Both the position numbers and the translations under genes were made by a program. DNA of 64,000 bases from an uncultured delta proteobacterium. GTDB taxonomy: Bacteria > Desulfobacterota > WTBG01 > CAIYCZ01. The notes beneath the pieces are model-generated. The model saw only the letters and a list, made by a program, of their open reading frames with translations, did no database searches and was not told the origin of the DNA. The DNA lies in NCBI GenBank assembly GCA_963803975.1, contig CAWDOY010000053.1:89466-153465 (forward strand), written 5' to 3'. Shown in pieces: positions 21,268 through 32,356 of the stretch (positions are counted from its first letter, which is position 1; every line of letters starts with the position of its first letter).

Positions 21268-21399
21268 AAAGCGATCCCACTTTTTAAAACAGGGATTATA
21301 ATTGAAGAACAGCAGGTAACCTATAGTAACTGCAGAAACAATGAAGCTAAAACGCAAGATACATTTATTTTACCTGCCTGCTTTCCCGGGGTGCCCTGT

Positions 21400-22755
21400 T
21401 TAAAAAGATTCATGCAGGATATTTTTAACAAGCTCCGGGATTTTTTCAGACGGAACAAAATCATGGGATTTCTCTGCCATCGCAGCGGTTGTACCCATGC
21501 CGCCGCCCGTGACAACCATAAATCCTTCCACCCGGTTGCCGGCATCATCTTTTCTTATTCTGCCAATCAGCCCTAGGTCAGCAACTCCTGACTGGGCACA
21601 CATGTTCGGGCATCCGGAAATGCGGACCGCGCGGTTCTTAGTGTCCGGCACATGCAGGCGAAGCGCTTTTTCAACAGCATGCGTATTTACTAAGGCATGG
21701 GCGCAGTAGGTGGTTCCCGGGCAGGAAACAACGTCAGGACCGTCAGCAAGCTGTTTTAACACGGGGTCGGTCTGTAGCGCGTTGCGTGCTGCAGCAGCAT
21801 TCCGGGCAAAGAGGGAAATCCGGTGATGCGTCTGAAGCCGGGCCTTTACAGCATGATCGCGCATCAACGCGGCGATTGCTTCTGCCTGGTCAGGCGTTAG
21901 TCCCCCGTAGATGATATTGAGATCCGCCACATGGTTGTAATGCAAATCCGGAACGCTGATGGGCGGCATGTGCGGAGGCGCCTCTCTTTTGACTTCACGC
22001 TGTTCTTCATGCAGCAGCTCAAGAAAACGCTCATCGCCGCAGCGCTCCCGGACATGGCGCAACCGGGCTTTGGCTCTATGCTGCCGGTCGCCATATTTAT
22101 CAAACACCCTGATTGCCGCTTGCGCCAGCGCAGGGATATCCTCCGGCGCGAGGTTTTCCTCTATTAAAATGCCCGTTGCCGGCCGCGGCCCCAGTGACCC
22201 GGCTCCGATTGCCGTTACGGTAACGGCGCTGTTTTCCCGTTGTACCACAAACCCCAGATCATTGATCCACGGCTGCGCGCACGCTTTGGTGCATGCAGAG
22301 AAACTGATTTTGAATTTGCGCGGCAGAGAATAAATTCCGGCGTAGCTTTCCAGATACCCGCGCAGCGCCCATGCTATGGCGGTGAGATCAGGGGTGTCGT
22401 GGCACAGCCCGTTTCCGGGACAAACGGTGATGTTGCGCAGCGTATCGCCGCAGGCGCCCACACTGGTCAGACCGGCATCGGCCAGTTCAGCCTGGAGCAA
22501 GGGAATAGTCTCCGTGGTCAGATTATGAAATTCAATATCCTGCCGGGTGGTAAGCAGCAATGGAGCTGACGGCGTGTAGCGCCTGCACATGTCTGCCAGG
22601 GCCGCCCACTGGTGATGCGTGAGAATACCCCCGATGATTTTTACCCGCTGCATCCACCGACCCTCCTGACGCTGCTGATAGAGCCCCAGCAGCCTGCATT
22701 CCGCAGGTGAAGATGGAACAATGGCGCAGGGAAAAGCCGGTTGCTGACTGGTCAT
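21400..22755 (-). CDS. ferredoxin-dependent siroheme sulfite/nitrite reductase
   Basis: TTRQDIEFH, GDTLRN, LPRKFKI, SCPGTTYC and SGCPNMC siroheme/4Fe-4S ligands. Confidence 0.85.
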   Translation of the reverse strand: MTSQQPAFPCAIVPSSPAECRLLGLYQQRQEGRWMQRVKIIGGILTHHQWAALADMCRRYTPSAPLLLTTRQDIEFHNLTTETIPLLQAELADAGLTSVGACGDTLRNITVCPGNGLCHDTPDLTAIAWALRGYLESYAGIYSLPRKFKISFSACTKACAQPWINDLGFVVQRENSAVTVTAIGAGSLGPRPATGILIEENLAPEDIPALAQAAIRVFDKYGDRQHRAKARLRHVRERCGDERFLELLHEEQREVKREAPPHMPPISVPDLHYNHVADLNIIYGGLTPDQAEAIAALMRDHAVKARLQTHHRISLFARNAAAARNALQTDPVLKQLADGPDVVSCPGTTYCAHALVNTHAVEKALRLHVPDTKNRAVRISGCPNMCAQSGVADLGLIGRIRKDDAGNRVEGFMVVTGGGMGTTAAMAEKSHDFVPSEKIPELVKNILHESF

Positions 22756-22765
22756 GGCTGGTCTC

Positions 22766-23110
22766 TCAATCGGTAGAAGGAAGTATCTTTGCTTTACAGC
22801 GTATGGGTATTTTATACGTAGTGATGGTTTTTCCCTTTCGATCAAGCAGTTTCCACAGGATCATAGTATCTTTAATCCGGGCAACCAAGCGGTTTTTTGA
22901 TTCTGAAATCTGAAACGGCAGCTCAATTGAGAGCGCTGCGCGCGGGCACGCCTTAGCGCATGAGCAGCAGTCCCAGCAGTCTGACGGTTCACGCATAACC
23001 GCCTTACCCTGGTCCCGGTAGAACAGGTCTCCCGGGCAGATTTCTTCACAGCAGCCTTCCGGTTTTCCGGGGCACCCGTTGCAGAGACGGTAATCAATCC
23101 GCACGCTCAT
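22766..23110 (-). CDS. aprB: adenylylsulfate reductase beta subunit-like ferredoxin
   Basis: CNGC...CEEICPGD, CWDCCSCAKACP; coupled to aprA. Confidence 0.8.
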   Translation of the reverse strand: MSVRIDYRLCNGCPGKPEGCCEEICPGDLFYRDQGKAVMREPSDCWDCCSCAKACPRAALSIELPFQISESKNRLVARIKDTMILWKLLDRKGKTITTYKIPIRCKAKILPSTD

Positions 23111-24824
23111 TATCTGTTATCCTCAAGTGGTATTGGGGTATAGGGCGGGTTAAGCTCCCGCTTGAAAACGGTAATCGTATTATCCTCGACGCGGGAATTG
23201 ATAAACAGCTTATATTCAAAATCATTGCGCATGGGATAATCAAGCCGTGTCTGATAGCACGGCCAGCGTGTTTCTTTTCTGGCAAGCAGGTGCTCGACCA
23301 GTGTGCGGGCAAGAAGAATCCGGTCTGCGGTATCATGAACACGCATCAATTCGTGCATATCCTCTGCCTGCATCTGCTGTGCCCGCTCCGAGAGGGCCAA
23401 AAGATAGCGCCGGGCCAGGAGCAGCTTGTCGCGGTTGGTTTCATAATTCTGGGTGCACCCGCCTGCGTATTCCTCCATTATCTTCTGCAGCCGTTCCTCA
23501 ACCTCATTGAAGGTTATGTCGTGCTTGGTGCTGAATGGTGACTGCAGTTCAAGAACGGCCTGCTTCTCTGCGTGCTGGGCAACGTCTGATTGTACGCCTG
23601 GTTCCCATCCCTGCAGGATATCTTCCACTGCCATCTCTGCTTCGGCAAAACAGCCGGTGATATATTTTTTAGACGACCCGCCGGCAACGTCGCCTGCTGC
23701 ATAGAGCCCGGCAAGCGTGGTTCTGCGGTTTTCATCAATCCAGAAACCCGCCATGCCGTGGCCGCCATTGATATACGGCTCTGAGCCGCAGACTTCGATG
23801 CGCTCCTTGGGCGGGCAGGGTCCTTGAGGAGGTCAAGGATAATAGATGGCGCCATGTTCAGGTAGCTTTCAACCAGATCAGTATACTGTTTCGGACTCAG
23901 AGCGCTCACGTCCACATAACAGGGACCTTTGCCTTTTTTATGTTCGTCTATCGTATGCAGAAGCCGCTCGCAGGTGGTCAGCTTTCTGCCCAGCATGTCT
24001 TCTTTTGCCCGCAGATATTTTTCACCACGCGCATTGCACTGGGGCATACGGGTGCCAAGCACCAGCGTCCCGGTAGGAGCGATGACATCCTTGGTCCGCA
24101 GGGCCACAAAGCGCATTTCAAAGGAGGTCATTTCAGCACCGGCCCTGAGGCCCATGGCAAGGCCGGAACCGGCATTATAGGGACAGTACCAGGTTTTGGT
24201 GCGCGCAAGCCCCGGGTTTGAAGGCCGGTAGATTCCGCTTGCGCCGCCGGTCGCTATAATAACAGCTTTTGCCCGGGCAACAATAAATTCCCCGGTGCGC
24301 AGATTGAAGGCGACAGCCCCTGCAGTACTGCCATCGTTGGCACTTTTCAACAGCCGGTATGCTGGTGTCCGGTTAAATACTTTCACCCCCTGTGCCTGTA
24401 CTGTCTGGGCAAGGATTGGTTTGAGATGTTCACCGAGCATGACAATGGAGCGGGCGGAGCGTGGAATGTATTTCCCGTCTTCGCCGCGGGGAAGGGGCAC
24501 CCCGAATTCTTCCAGCAGACGGGTCATGCGGTTGAGCCGTTTGCCAATGGAAAGCACCAGGTCTGAGCGCAGCACATCGTAATTGTCTTTCAGCACATAG
24601 CGCAGATAGTCTTCAGGGGTAGAATCTACCAGGTAGGCATTAACCGCGTTTAAACCCATGGCAAGGCATCCGGAACGGTTAATGTGCGCCTTCTCAAAGA
24701 TGGTCACATCAACCTGCGGCGCTTTCTGCCTGGCAAAAATCGCAGCCATGCATCCGGCAGTGCCGCCGCCGATAATCAGAATATCAGTAGTTATATGTTT
24801 TACTTTTGGCGCTGCTGTTCCCAT
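23110..24824 (-). CDS. aprA: adenylylsulfate reductase alpha subunit (frameshift near 23800)
   Basis: GGGTAGC, RSGCLAMGLNAVN, TWYCPYNAG, FEMRFVALR, YLNMAP, AAGD, RKETRW. Confidence 0.88.
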
Positions 24825-24854
24825 AGATGCTGTGCCGGGTATGATTCCTTCAAT

Positions 24855-25769
24855 CTATGTTTCAAAACTTGCCGTGCTGAGGTACCGCTCGCCGGTATCA
24901 GGAAGTATGACGACAATTAATTTATCTTTATTATCAGGCTGTCTGGAAACTTCCACCGCGGCATGCACCGCTGCACCCGAAGAAATGCCGGCGATAATTC
25001 CCTCCTGACGCAGAAGAACCTTGGTCATCTGAAAGGCCTGCGCGTCGGTTACCTGCATGACTTCATCGATAACCGTGCGATCAAGCACTTTTGGAATAAA
25101 CCCCGCGCCTATGCCCTGGATCATGTGAGAGCCGGCCGGCTTGCCGGAAAGCACGGCTGATGCTGCCGGCTCAACCGCCACGATCTGCACTGAGGATTTG
25201 CGCTGTTTCAGCGCACGGGCCACCCCGGTTACTGTTCCTCCGGTGCCAACGCCCGCTACCACAATAGCTACCTCTCCGTCCGTATCATCCCAGATTTCCT
25301 GTGCGGTTGTCCGGCTGTGAATTTCGGGGTTGGCACTATTTTCAAACTGCATGGGAATAAACGCATTGCCCAGTTTTGTGGCAAGCTCCTGCGCCTTGGC
25401 AATGGCGCCCCCCATCCCGGACAGGTCTTCGGTCAAAATAACGGTTGCACCGAGGGCATTGAGCAGCATCCTGCGCTCAGGGGTCATGGCCTCGGGCATG
25501 GTGAGGATCAGCCGGTAGCCTTTGATTGCTGCAATCCAGGCAAGCGCAATGCCGGTATTGCCGCTGGTCGGCTCGATGATGGTCATGCCGGGCTTGAGCA
25601 CGCCGCGCTTCTCTGCATCCTCGATCATGCTCAGGCCGATTCTGTCCTTGACGCTTCCGCCGGGGTTGAACGCCTCAAGCTTTCCTGCCAGCCGCGCAGC
25701 AGTTATCCTGCGCAGCCACACCAGCGGGGTGTGTCCTACGAGGTCAAGCATTGAATCTGCGATCTTCAT
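24855..25769 (-). CDS. cysK: cysteine synthase A
   Basis: [34 protein letters not shown]. Confidence 0.95.
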   Translation of the reverse strand: MKIADSMLDLVGHTPLVWLRRITAARLAGKLEAFNPGGSVKDRIGLSMIEDAEKRGVLKPGMTIIEPTSGNTGIALAWIAAIKGYRLILTMPEAMTPERRMLLNALGATVILTEDLSGMGGAIAKAQELATKLGNAFIPMQFENSANPEIHSRTTAQEIWDDTDGEVAIVVAGVGTGGTVTGVARALKQRKSSVQIVAVEPAASAVLSGKPAGSHMIQGIGAGFIPKVLDRTVIDEVMQVTDAQAFQMTKVLLRQEGIIAGISSGAAVHAAVEVSRQPDNKDKLIVVILPDTGERYLSTASFET

Positions 25770-25878
25770 ATGTTTTCAGACATTCAGCAGGGAATTTATA
25801 AGTCCGTTTAAATTGGTGTACCCTATCAAACAGCACTCTGTCAATTGCAGAGATACTGTTATGCTGCTTATGCATCTG

Positions 25879-26440
25879 CTAAAACCAGAACTCAGGATAT
25901 CTGCGTGATCCGGGAATGTTGTTCACCAGCAAAGCAATAATAAGCATAATCACTGCCCCGCATCCCACCGGAACAAGAACATACAGATATCCCAGATTGT
26001 GTATTTTGTCTCCTCCAATGACGGCAATCAAAGCAGTTGCTCCGCCGGGAGGATGGAGCGTTTTCGTCATGTGCATCAAAGCAATGGCAGTAGCAACCGC
26101 AGCAGCCGATGCAAGCCACAGATGAGATGCGCATAGCTGGTAGGCGGTAACCCCGATTATGGCGGAAAGGACATGCCCTCCCAGCAGGTTGCGCGGCTGC
26201 GCCAGCGGACTTTTGACGGCCCCGTACAGCAGCACCGCTGAAGCGCCAAATGACCCGATCAGCATAACCTGGTCAGCCTTGCTGAAAATGAAGTCGTTTA
26301 TGCATCCGATTATGGCAATTCCCATAAACGCACCGGCCCATGACCAGATGATCTCAGATACATTCACCGCAGGAGGGCTCTTTGTTGTTCCCTTTCATTT
26401 TTTGCGCATATGCTTTGAGCATGGAAAAGGCCTCGTTCAT
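25879..26440 (-). CDS. HPP-family membrane protein (5' end frameshifted)
   Basis: GSFGASAVL, SPLAQPRN, TLHPPGGATAL, RYP.FW. Confidence 0.9.
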
Positions 26441-27054
26441 CAGCCGGCTGAAGATACCGGTACTTTCAGGAGGTCGGACCTGGTGACGATACCGCATAGA
26501 CGGCCAGCCTCATTCACCACCGGCACCCTGTTTATGGTATGCCTGGAAAAGAGATTTATAATATCAACAACCGGCGTTGTCTCGGTAATGGTTATTGCGG
26601 GCGATGACATGATATCCTCAGCCTTTTTACCCTCGATTGTTTGGGTGACACAGTCTCTGCATCGTATGAATTCTAAAATGACGCTCAGGAATGACCGGGC
26701 GCCTTTGCCGGCTATGCAGTACATAAAATCTTTCTCGCTTATGACGCCAACTACCGTGCCCGAGTCATCAATAACCGGCGCCCCTGAAAAATTATTCTCT
26801 GCCATTACGCGGGCAACCTCATCCAGCGAAGTTTTCCGGTTAAAGGCTATTACCTCACGGTTCATTATCCGGGCAGCAGTAATGGAGCGGGCTATGGCAT
26901 CCATCGCGTGCCGGCAGGCATGGACATAAAGCTCTTTAAAGTCGCCGGGAGTGATATCAATATATCCCGGCAGCTCTTTCATTGCCGCATAAATGTCATC
27001 TTCAGAAATTGGCACATCCTGAAAACGTACTTTTAATTCTGACTGGTTATCCAT
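26440..27054 (-). CDS. CBS-domain protein (HPP-associated)
   Basis: YIDITPGDF N-terminus and two CBS domains. Confidence 0.85.
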   Translation of the reverse strand: MDNQSELKVRFQDVPISEDDIYAAMKELPGYIDITPGDFKELYVHACRHAMDAIARSITAARIMNREVIAFNRKTSLDEVARVMAENNFSGAPVIDDSGTVVGVISEKDFMYCIAGKGARSFLSVILEFIRCRDCVTQTIEGKKAEDIMSSPAITITETTPVVDIINLFSRHTINRVPVVNEAGRLCGIVTRSDLLKVPVSSAG

Positions 27055-27180
27055 TGCGGAACACCCTTTCCTGTTAATCTCGTATGGATAAATTCCCCGG
27101 AGCCAGCCTTGCCGCACAAGGCTGAGCACCCCCGGCGCGCTGCAGGGTACTTAATTATATTATAAAAAAAACACTAATCC

Positions 27181-27194
27181 TTGACTTAGGTCAA
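27181..27194. promoter_or_regulatory. Crp/Fnr (HcpR-type) palindromic box
   Basis: TTGACTTAGGTCAA between divergent CBS/HPP and cytochrome operons; identical to 39158-39171. Confidence 0.8.
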
Positions 27195-27293
27195 ACCTTG
27201 CATTATTAAATATGATATGCTTCATACTAAGGGTAAGAAAGAAACTAATGACTATGCACTGACCAGTATTAAAACAGCACTTCTGCATTCTCA

Positions 27294-27938
27294 ATGAGAA
27301 GAAGAAGCTATCCGTATACAGTATTGCCAATGGTTTGCGGCTTCATCCTGCTCGTATGCGTTACCGCAGGGAAAGCCGGCAACGATGCTTCACCTCCCGC
27401 AAACAGCACTGATTCATCCCCCTCCCGCAGGACTGGCTTGATACCACTCCGGTTCGCGGCGCGCCGAAGCTCATATTCTATCTCAATCAATTCATGTATA
27501 AGTGTAATGAATGCCATGTTGATTTCAAAAGCCCCGACGTATGACTGCGATAAGTATCTCAGAATCCCGGGCTCATTCCACTTGCCGTTCGGTGCACACC
27601 GGGATATGGTCTTTAATCACGGGCTGAATCTGCGCTGCTTCAACTGCCATAATTGTGCAAATCTGGGAACATATATTAATTACGACGGCAGTGAAATACC
27701 CGGAGATACGCCGGTGCTTCTGTGCAGAAAGTGCCATGGCACAACCTACCGTGACTGGGTGGCAGGTATTCATGGCCGGACAAACGGCTACTGGGACGCC
27801 AGCCGCGGCAAGCAGGCAAAGCTCGATTGCAATCAGTGCCATAATCCGCACCAGCCGCATTTCCCGCGCCTGGTGCCGCGGCCTTCCCCTGCTGCGGCGC
27901 GAACCCAGCTTTCAGAAAAGGGCAGCCGGCATGAGTAA
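27294..27938 (+). CDS. small multiheme (probably tetraheme) cytochrome c, membrane-anchored
   Basis: CFNCH, CRKCH, CNQCH in frame; a fourth motif CNECH (near 27503) in a shifted frame. Confidence 0.75.
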   Translation: MRRRSYPYTVLPMVCGFILLVCVTAGKAGNDASPPANSTDSSPSRRTGLIPLRFAARRSSYSISINSCISVMNAMLISKAPTYDCDKYLRIPGSFHLPFGAHRDMVFNHGLNLRCFNCHNCANLGTYINYDGSEIPGDTPVLLCRKCHGTTYRDWVAGIHGRTNGYWDASRGKQAKLDCNQCHNPHQPHFPRLVPRPSPAAARTQLSEKGSRHE

Positions 27939-28904
27939 TTCAGGAAAAGACCCATCCAGCCGGACTGAATCCCGGTCGCTTAGTGAGATTACCTATGCAC
28001 CGCTGACCCGGCGCAGTTTTTTAAAGTTCGGGGCTGCAGTCTGCTGCTGCGTATGCAGGGTTTCAGCCTGGCACTGTCACCGTTAAACAATTTCAAAGAA
28101 CATCTCAGCCTCGATGAATTTCTGCAGCAGCACTATGAGCGGCTGACGCCGGAAAAGATGCAGAAAATACTCGCGCGCATTGAAAAAGAGATAGCGCGTG
28201 ATTACGGGGTAACGGCCCAGGTGAAGGATATTAAGCCCGTGCCGGGGGTTGAATACGCGTTTGCATTGAACATCGGCAAGTGTATCGGCTGCCGGCGCTG
28301 CGTCTATGGATGCATGAAAGAAAACAATACCTCGCGGGACCCCCAGATCCAATACATACGCGTTCTTGAGATGGAAAAAGGCTCCCAGAATGTCGAAGAA
28401 TCAGAACATTATTATACCCATGATGCGGTGCCGCAAAAAGATAAATACTACATGCCGGTCCAGTGTCAGCAGTGTAAAAAAGCACCCTGCACCAAGGCCT
28501 GTCCGATAAGGGCCACCTGGCAGGAGCCTGACGGCATTGTTGTAGTGGATTATAACTGGTGCATCGGCTGCCGGTATTGCATGGCAGCATGCCCCTACTG
28601 GGCGCGCCGTTTTAATTTCTCCAAACCAACAATCCCCAAAGAAGAGATCAATACCGAGATGGCCTACCTCGGGAACCGTATTCGACCCCGCGGGGTCGTG
28701 GAAAAATGCACGTTCTGCCTGCGCCGCGTGCGGCAGGGCATGCAGCCGGCATGTGTCGAGGTGTGCCCCACCGGTTCCCGCATGTTTGGTAATGTGCGTG
28801 ACCCGGAAAGCCCGATTAACTACATTCTTAACAATAAACGGGTCTATATTTTTAAGGAAGAAGCGGGAACAATCCCCCGTTTCTATTACTGCTTTGATGT
28901 CTAG
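27931..28904 (+). CDS. NrfC/PsrB-like 4Fe-4S protein with Tat signal (frameshift near 28050)
   Basis: TRRSFLK; CIGCRRCVYGC, CQQC..PCTKACP, CIGCRYCMAACP, KCTFC, PACVEVCP. Confidence 0.88.
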
Positions 28905-28929
28905 AGGTTGTTGAAAAAGTGGTTTTTCA

Positions 28930-29054
28930 CAGGCTGGTCAAAAACATTCAGATGCAAGGCGCGCGAAATAACGAGGAATGAGGCGTACTTTATGGTACGC
29001 CGCAATGACGAAGGATGAGCGCAACGCAGCAGATGGTTGTTTTTCAACGGCCTG
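28930..29054 (+). repeat. 125 bp MITE-like repeat, copy 2
   Basis: Close copy of 6087-6211; lies between the nrfC- and nrfD-like genes. Confidence 0.85.
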
Positions 29055-29065
29055 CTAAGGAAAGG

Positions 29066-30355
29066 ATGACTCGGCACATGGTGCGTGATTACGCGATATT
29101 TCTCTGGCGGCTTTACCGCTACAGCTTTCTGGGCAGCATGAAATATTACCTGTGGATGAGTGTCCTTACCATCCTCTCTCTGGTCGGGCTGTACGCGTAT
29201 GCCCAGCAGGCTGTCAGCGGCCTTGCCATAACCGACATGACCGATCAGGTCTCCTGGGGAGTTTATATCGCCAATTTTACCTTTATTGTCGGGCTTGCAG
29301 CAGCCGCGGTCATGCTCGTCATACCCGCCTATATTTATAACAACAAGCACCTTCACGATGTGGTAATTCTTGGTGAACTGCTTGCCATCGCGGCCATTGT
29401 TATGTGCCTTTTGTTTGTAAACGTTGATCTGGGGCGGCCGGACCGGTTCTGGCACCTCAGCCCAATAATCGGGGTTTTCAACTTTCCCGTTTCCATGCTT
29501 TCCTGGGACGTCATTGTCCTCACCGGCTACCTGGTGCTGAATATACATATCTGCGGCTATCTTCTGTACATGCGCTACCTTAAGCGGAAACCATCCCCGC
29601 TTTTTTACATGCCGTTTGTATTTATCGCCATCTTCTGGGCGATCAGCATTCACACGGTGACCGCATTTCTGTATGTTGGACTGGTGGGAAGGCCGTTCTG
29701 GAACGCGGCCATTGTGGCGCCGCGTTTTATCGGGTCTGCCTTTACCGCCGGGCCGGGGCTCATGATTGTCGCCTTCCAGATTATCAGACGCTATAGCAAT
29801 TATAAAATTGACGACGAGGCATTGCACATCCTTCGCCAGATCGTGACTATCTCTCTTTTTGTGAACCTGTTTCTCCTCGGCTGTGAAGCTTTCAAGGAGT
29901 TCTATGCTGAATCAGTCCATTCCCGCTCTGCCCGGTACCTGTTTTTCGGGCTTGACGGATATACGCAGCTGCGGCCGTGGATATGGTTTGCCATAACCAT
30001 AGAAATCATCGCAGGGGTTTTGCTCATCGTCCCCGCCCTGGCAAAAAAAATGTCATACGTGAACGTGGCCTGCGTTCTGGCGTTTATCGGCATCTGGATC
30101 GAGAAGGGGATGGGGATGATCGTGCCCGGATTCCTGCCGACGCCGCTCGGAGAAATCGTGGAATATTTCCCCACCGTGCCCGAGACGCTTGTCTGCATCG
30201 GCGTCTGGTCTTTCGGCCTGCTCATGTACTCATGGATGATACACCTGGCCATTCCGATCCTGAACGGCGAACTTTCCATCAGGTCCAGTCTGTCAGAAAT
30301 AAAGCCGGGCCTGCAGGAAGCACCCGTGGACTGGAAACAACCTCGCCATGTCTAA
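29066..30355 (+). CDS. NrfD/PsrC-family quinol-interacting membrane subunit
   Basis: WGVYIANFTFIVG, DLGRPDR, HTVTAF; ~10 hydrophobic helices. Confidence 0.9.
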   Translation: MTRHMVRDYAIFLWRLYRYSFLGSMKYYLWMSVLTILSLVGLYAYAQQAVSGLAITDMTDQVSWGVYIANFTFIVGLAAAAVMLVIPAYIYNNKHLHDVVILGELLAIAAIVMCLLFVNVDLGRPDRFWHLSPIIGVFNFPVSMLSWDVIVLTGYLVLNIHICGYLLYMRYLKRKPSPLFYMPFVFIAIFWAISIHTVTAFLYVGLVGRPFWNAAIVAPRFIGSAFTAGPGLMIVAFQIIRRYSNYKIDDEALHILRQIVTISLFVNLFLLGCEAFKEFYAESVHSRSARYLFFGLDGYTQLRPWIWFAITIEIIAGVLLIVPALAKKMSYVNVACVLAFIGIWIEKGMGMIVPGFLPTPLGEIVEYFPTVPETLVCIGVWSFGLLMYSWMIHLAIPILNGELSIRSSLSEIKPGLQEAPVDWKQPRHV

Positions 30356-30454
30356 TCAATAGCAGTTCCTGCCTTTGGTATAAAAAAAGAAAATTTTTCC
30401 GGCTCTGGAATAAAGGGCAGAATTAATACGCAAACTACGTACACAGGAGGGAGT

Positions 30455-31903
30455 ATGCAGCACCACGTACCGATTCGTAGTAATTGTCTGTTAGCCTTTT
30501 CCTGTTCATGTTTCCGCGCGGCAGCCCATGCGGGATATACCCTGCCGGCTATTTCAGAAGAATCCGCGAAATGTATTGATTGCCACAAAAAGCAGTCCCC
30601 GGCGATTTATGAGCAATGGGGCACCAGCAAGCACTTCCGGGCGAATGTGGGGTGCTATGAATGTCATAAAGCGGAGGAAAAAGACCCGGATGCAATGCTC
30701 CATGAAGGCAAGCTCATCGCCACCATCGTCAGCCCGCGTGACTGCAACCGGTGCCATGAACGGGAGACGGCAGAATTTATTGCTTCCCATCACTCAAAGG
30801 GCGCGCGCATTCTCGGCTCCCTTGACAATACGCTGGCGGAGGTGGTGGAGGGAAATTACGCTTTCAAAACGCCGGCATTCCCCAGGGGAAACTCTGCTGC
30901 CGCGGTCAGCGGCTGCTGGCAATGCCACGGCAGTGAAGTCAAAGTGCTGGAGAACGGTAAGCTGGACCCGGCAACCTGGCCAAATACCGGCATCGGCAGG
31001 ATTAACCCGGATGGTTCTGAGGGGTCCTGCAGCGCGTGCCATTCCCGCCACATGTTTTCTGCGGCCCAGGCCCGGTATCCGGATACCTGCGGCAAATGCC
31101 ATCTGGGTCCTGACCATCCGCAGCTTGAGATTTATAATGAATCTAAACACGGCATTTCTTTCAGGGCAAACATTGATAAAGTTAACATTGAAAATCCGAA
31201 GTGGGTCGTTGGTGAAGATTATGCCGCGGCGCCTTCCTGCGCAACCTGCCACATGAGCGCAACGCCGAAGCAGGCGGCCACCCATGATGTGGGCCTGCGC
31301 ATCAGCTGGAATAATCGTCCGGAGCTCTCCATCCGTCCTGAAGTATCAGATGCAAAGATGGGGCTTCCCGGAGCCAAAGTGGGCTGGAAACAACGGCGCG
31401 ATAACATGAAAGATGTATGCCTCAACTGCCACGGAGATAATTATATAACCGCATTCTATAAACAGTATGATGCGCTGATTGATCTGTATCATGAGAAGTT
31501 TGCAAAGCCGGGGCTGGAGCTGATGGGACTTGCAAAGCCGTTGCTGAAACCCGCCAAGTTTTCCAATAAGATTGATTTCATCTGGTATGAGATCTGGCAT
31601 CATGAGGGCCGCCGCGCACGCCACGGCGCGTCAATGATGGGGCCTGACTATACCCACTGGCACGGCACCTATGAGGTAGCCAAGCACTTCTACTCAGAGC
31701 TGATACCGGAACTGGAAGAGCTGGCTGACAAAGGCAGCCGTTCAGGCGACGCGGCAAAGAAAGAAGCTGCTGAAAAACTGCGGCACAAGATTGAAGAAAC
31801 GCTTAACAGCGCTAACCACCAATGGTATGTAAATAAAATACCTGCGGAAGAAGCGGCAGAGCGCCAGCAGCGCCTCAAAGAGTTTCAATCCCGCTATCAG
31901 TGA
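30455..31903 (+). CDS. octaheme hydroxylamine-oxidoreductase-like cytochrome c
   Basis: Eight CxxCH (CIDCH, CYECH, CNRCH, CWQCH, CSACH, CGKCH, CATCH, CLNCH); CHLGPDHPQLEIY; MMGPDYTHWHG. Confidence 0.9.
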   Translation: MQHHVPIRSNCLLAFSCSCFRAAAHAGYTLPAISEESAKCIDCHKKQSPAIYEQWGTSKHFRANVGCYECHKAEEKDPDAMLHEGKLIATIVSPRDCNRCHERETAEFIASHHSKGARILGSLDNTLAEVVEGNYAFKTPAFPRGNSAAAVSGCWQCHGSEVKVLENGKLDPATWPNTGIGRINPDGSEGSCSACHSRHMFSAAQARYPDTCGKCHLGPDHPQLEIYNESKHGISFRANIDKVNIENPKWVVGEDYAAAPSCATCHMSATPKQAATHDVGLRISWNNRPELSIRPEVSDAKMGLPGAKVGWKQRRDNMKDVCLNCHGDNYITAFYKQYDALIDLYHEKFAKPGLELMGLAKPLLKPAKFSNKIDFIWYEIWHHEGRRARHGASMMGPDYTHWHGTYEVAKHFYSELIPELEELADKGSRSGDAAKKEAAEKLRHKIEETLNSANHQWYVNKIPAEEAAERQQRLKEFQSRYQ

Positions 31904-32349
31904 TGTCAGATAAAACTACTGAGCAGCCATTTAATATCGTCCTCTGTGAGCATGCGCGCTTTGCCGCGCAGCGCGCGCTGGACCGGCTGGGCGCCCCCCT
32001 GAGCCCCGCCAACCTGAACCTGTTTTTAGCCGATGCCCGGTGCCTGCGCTACCCCACCCGCATAATCTATGACCGCACGGGACTTGAGCCCCAGCAGGTC
32101 GCGCAGCCTTTTTACCGGCAGTCCCGGGATGGGTTATTCTGTGACTTGCATGTTGACCCTGCCCTGCAGAGAACGCCTGAGATCATCTATCTGGTGGTGG
32201 CCTACATGGCAGCAGTTATTAACTATGGGGATGCCGCAACGCCGGAACTGGCGGAAATGCTGGGAGCGAAGCTTACGGGCATAGAGCAGGAAGCGTTCTA
32301 TGAAAAAATGTGCGCCATTGCAGACTCAATAAGCGGTGTTGCAGGTTGA
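31900..32349 (+). CDS. hypothetical protein
   Basis: 149 aa ORF overlapping the stop of the HAO-like gene. Confidence 0.6.
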   Translation: MMSDKTTEQPFNIVLCEHARFAAQRALDRLGAPLSPANLNLFLADARCLRYPTRIIYDRTGLEPQQVAQPFYRQSRDGLFCDLHVDPALQRTPEIIYLVVAYMAAVINYGDAATPELAEMLGAKLTGIEQEAFYEKMCAIADSISGVAG

Positions 32350-32356
32350 TACAAGA

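Noticed and set aside
22766..24824. Evidence of dissimilatory sulfate reduction
   Set aside because: The context is cysK and an assimilatory-type siroheme reductase; no sat, qmo or dsr in the window.
29015..29065. N-terminal extension of the NrfD-like ORF, and short ORFs 6067-6291 and 37638-37823
   Set aside because: These are translations of the MITE-like repeat; ATG 29066 has its own RBS.
26159..31285. Long antisense or alternate-frame ORFs (26159-26929, 28901-29827, 30528-31256)
   Set aside because: They shadow well-supported genes and have no recognisable motifs.
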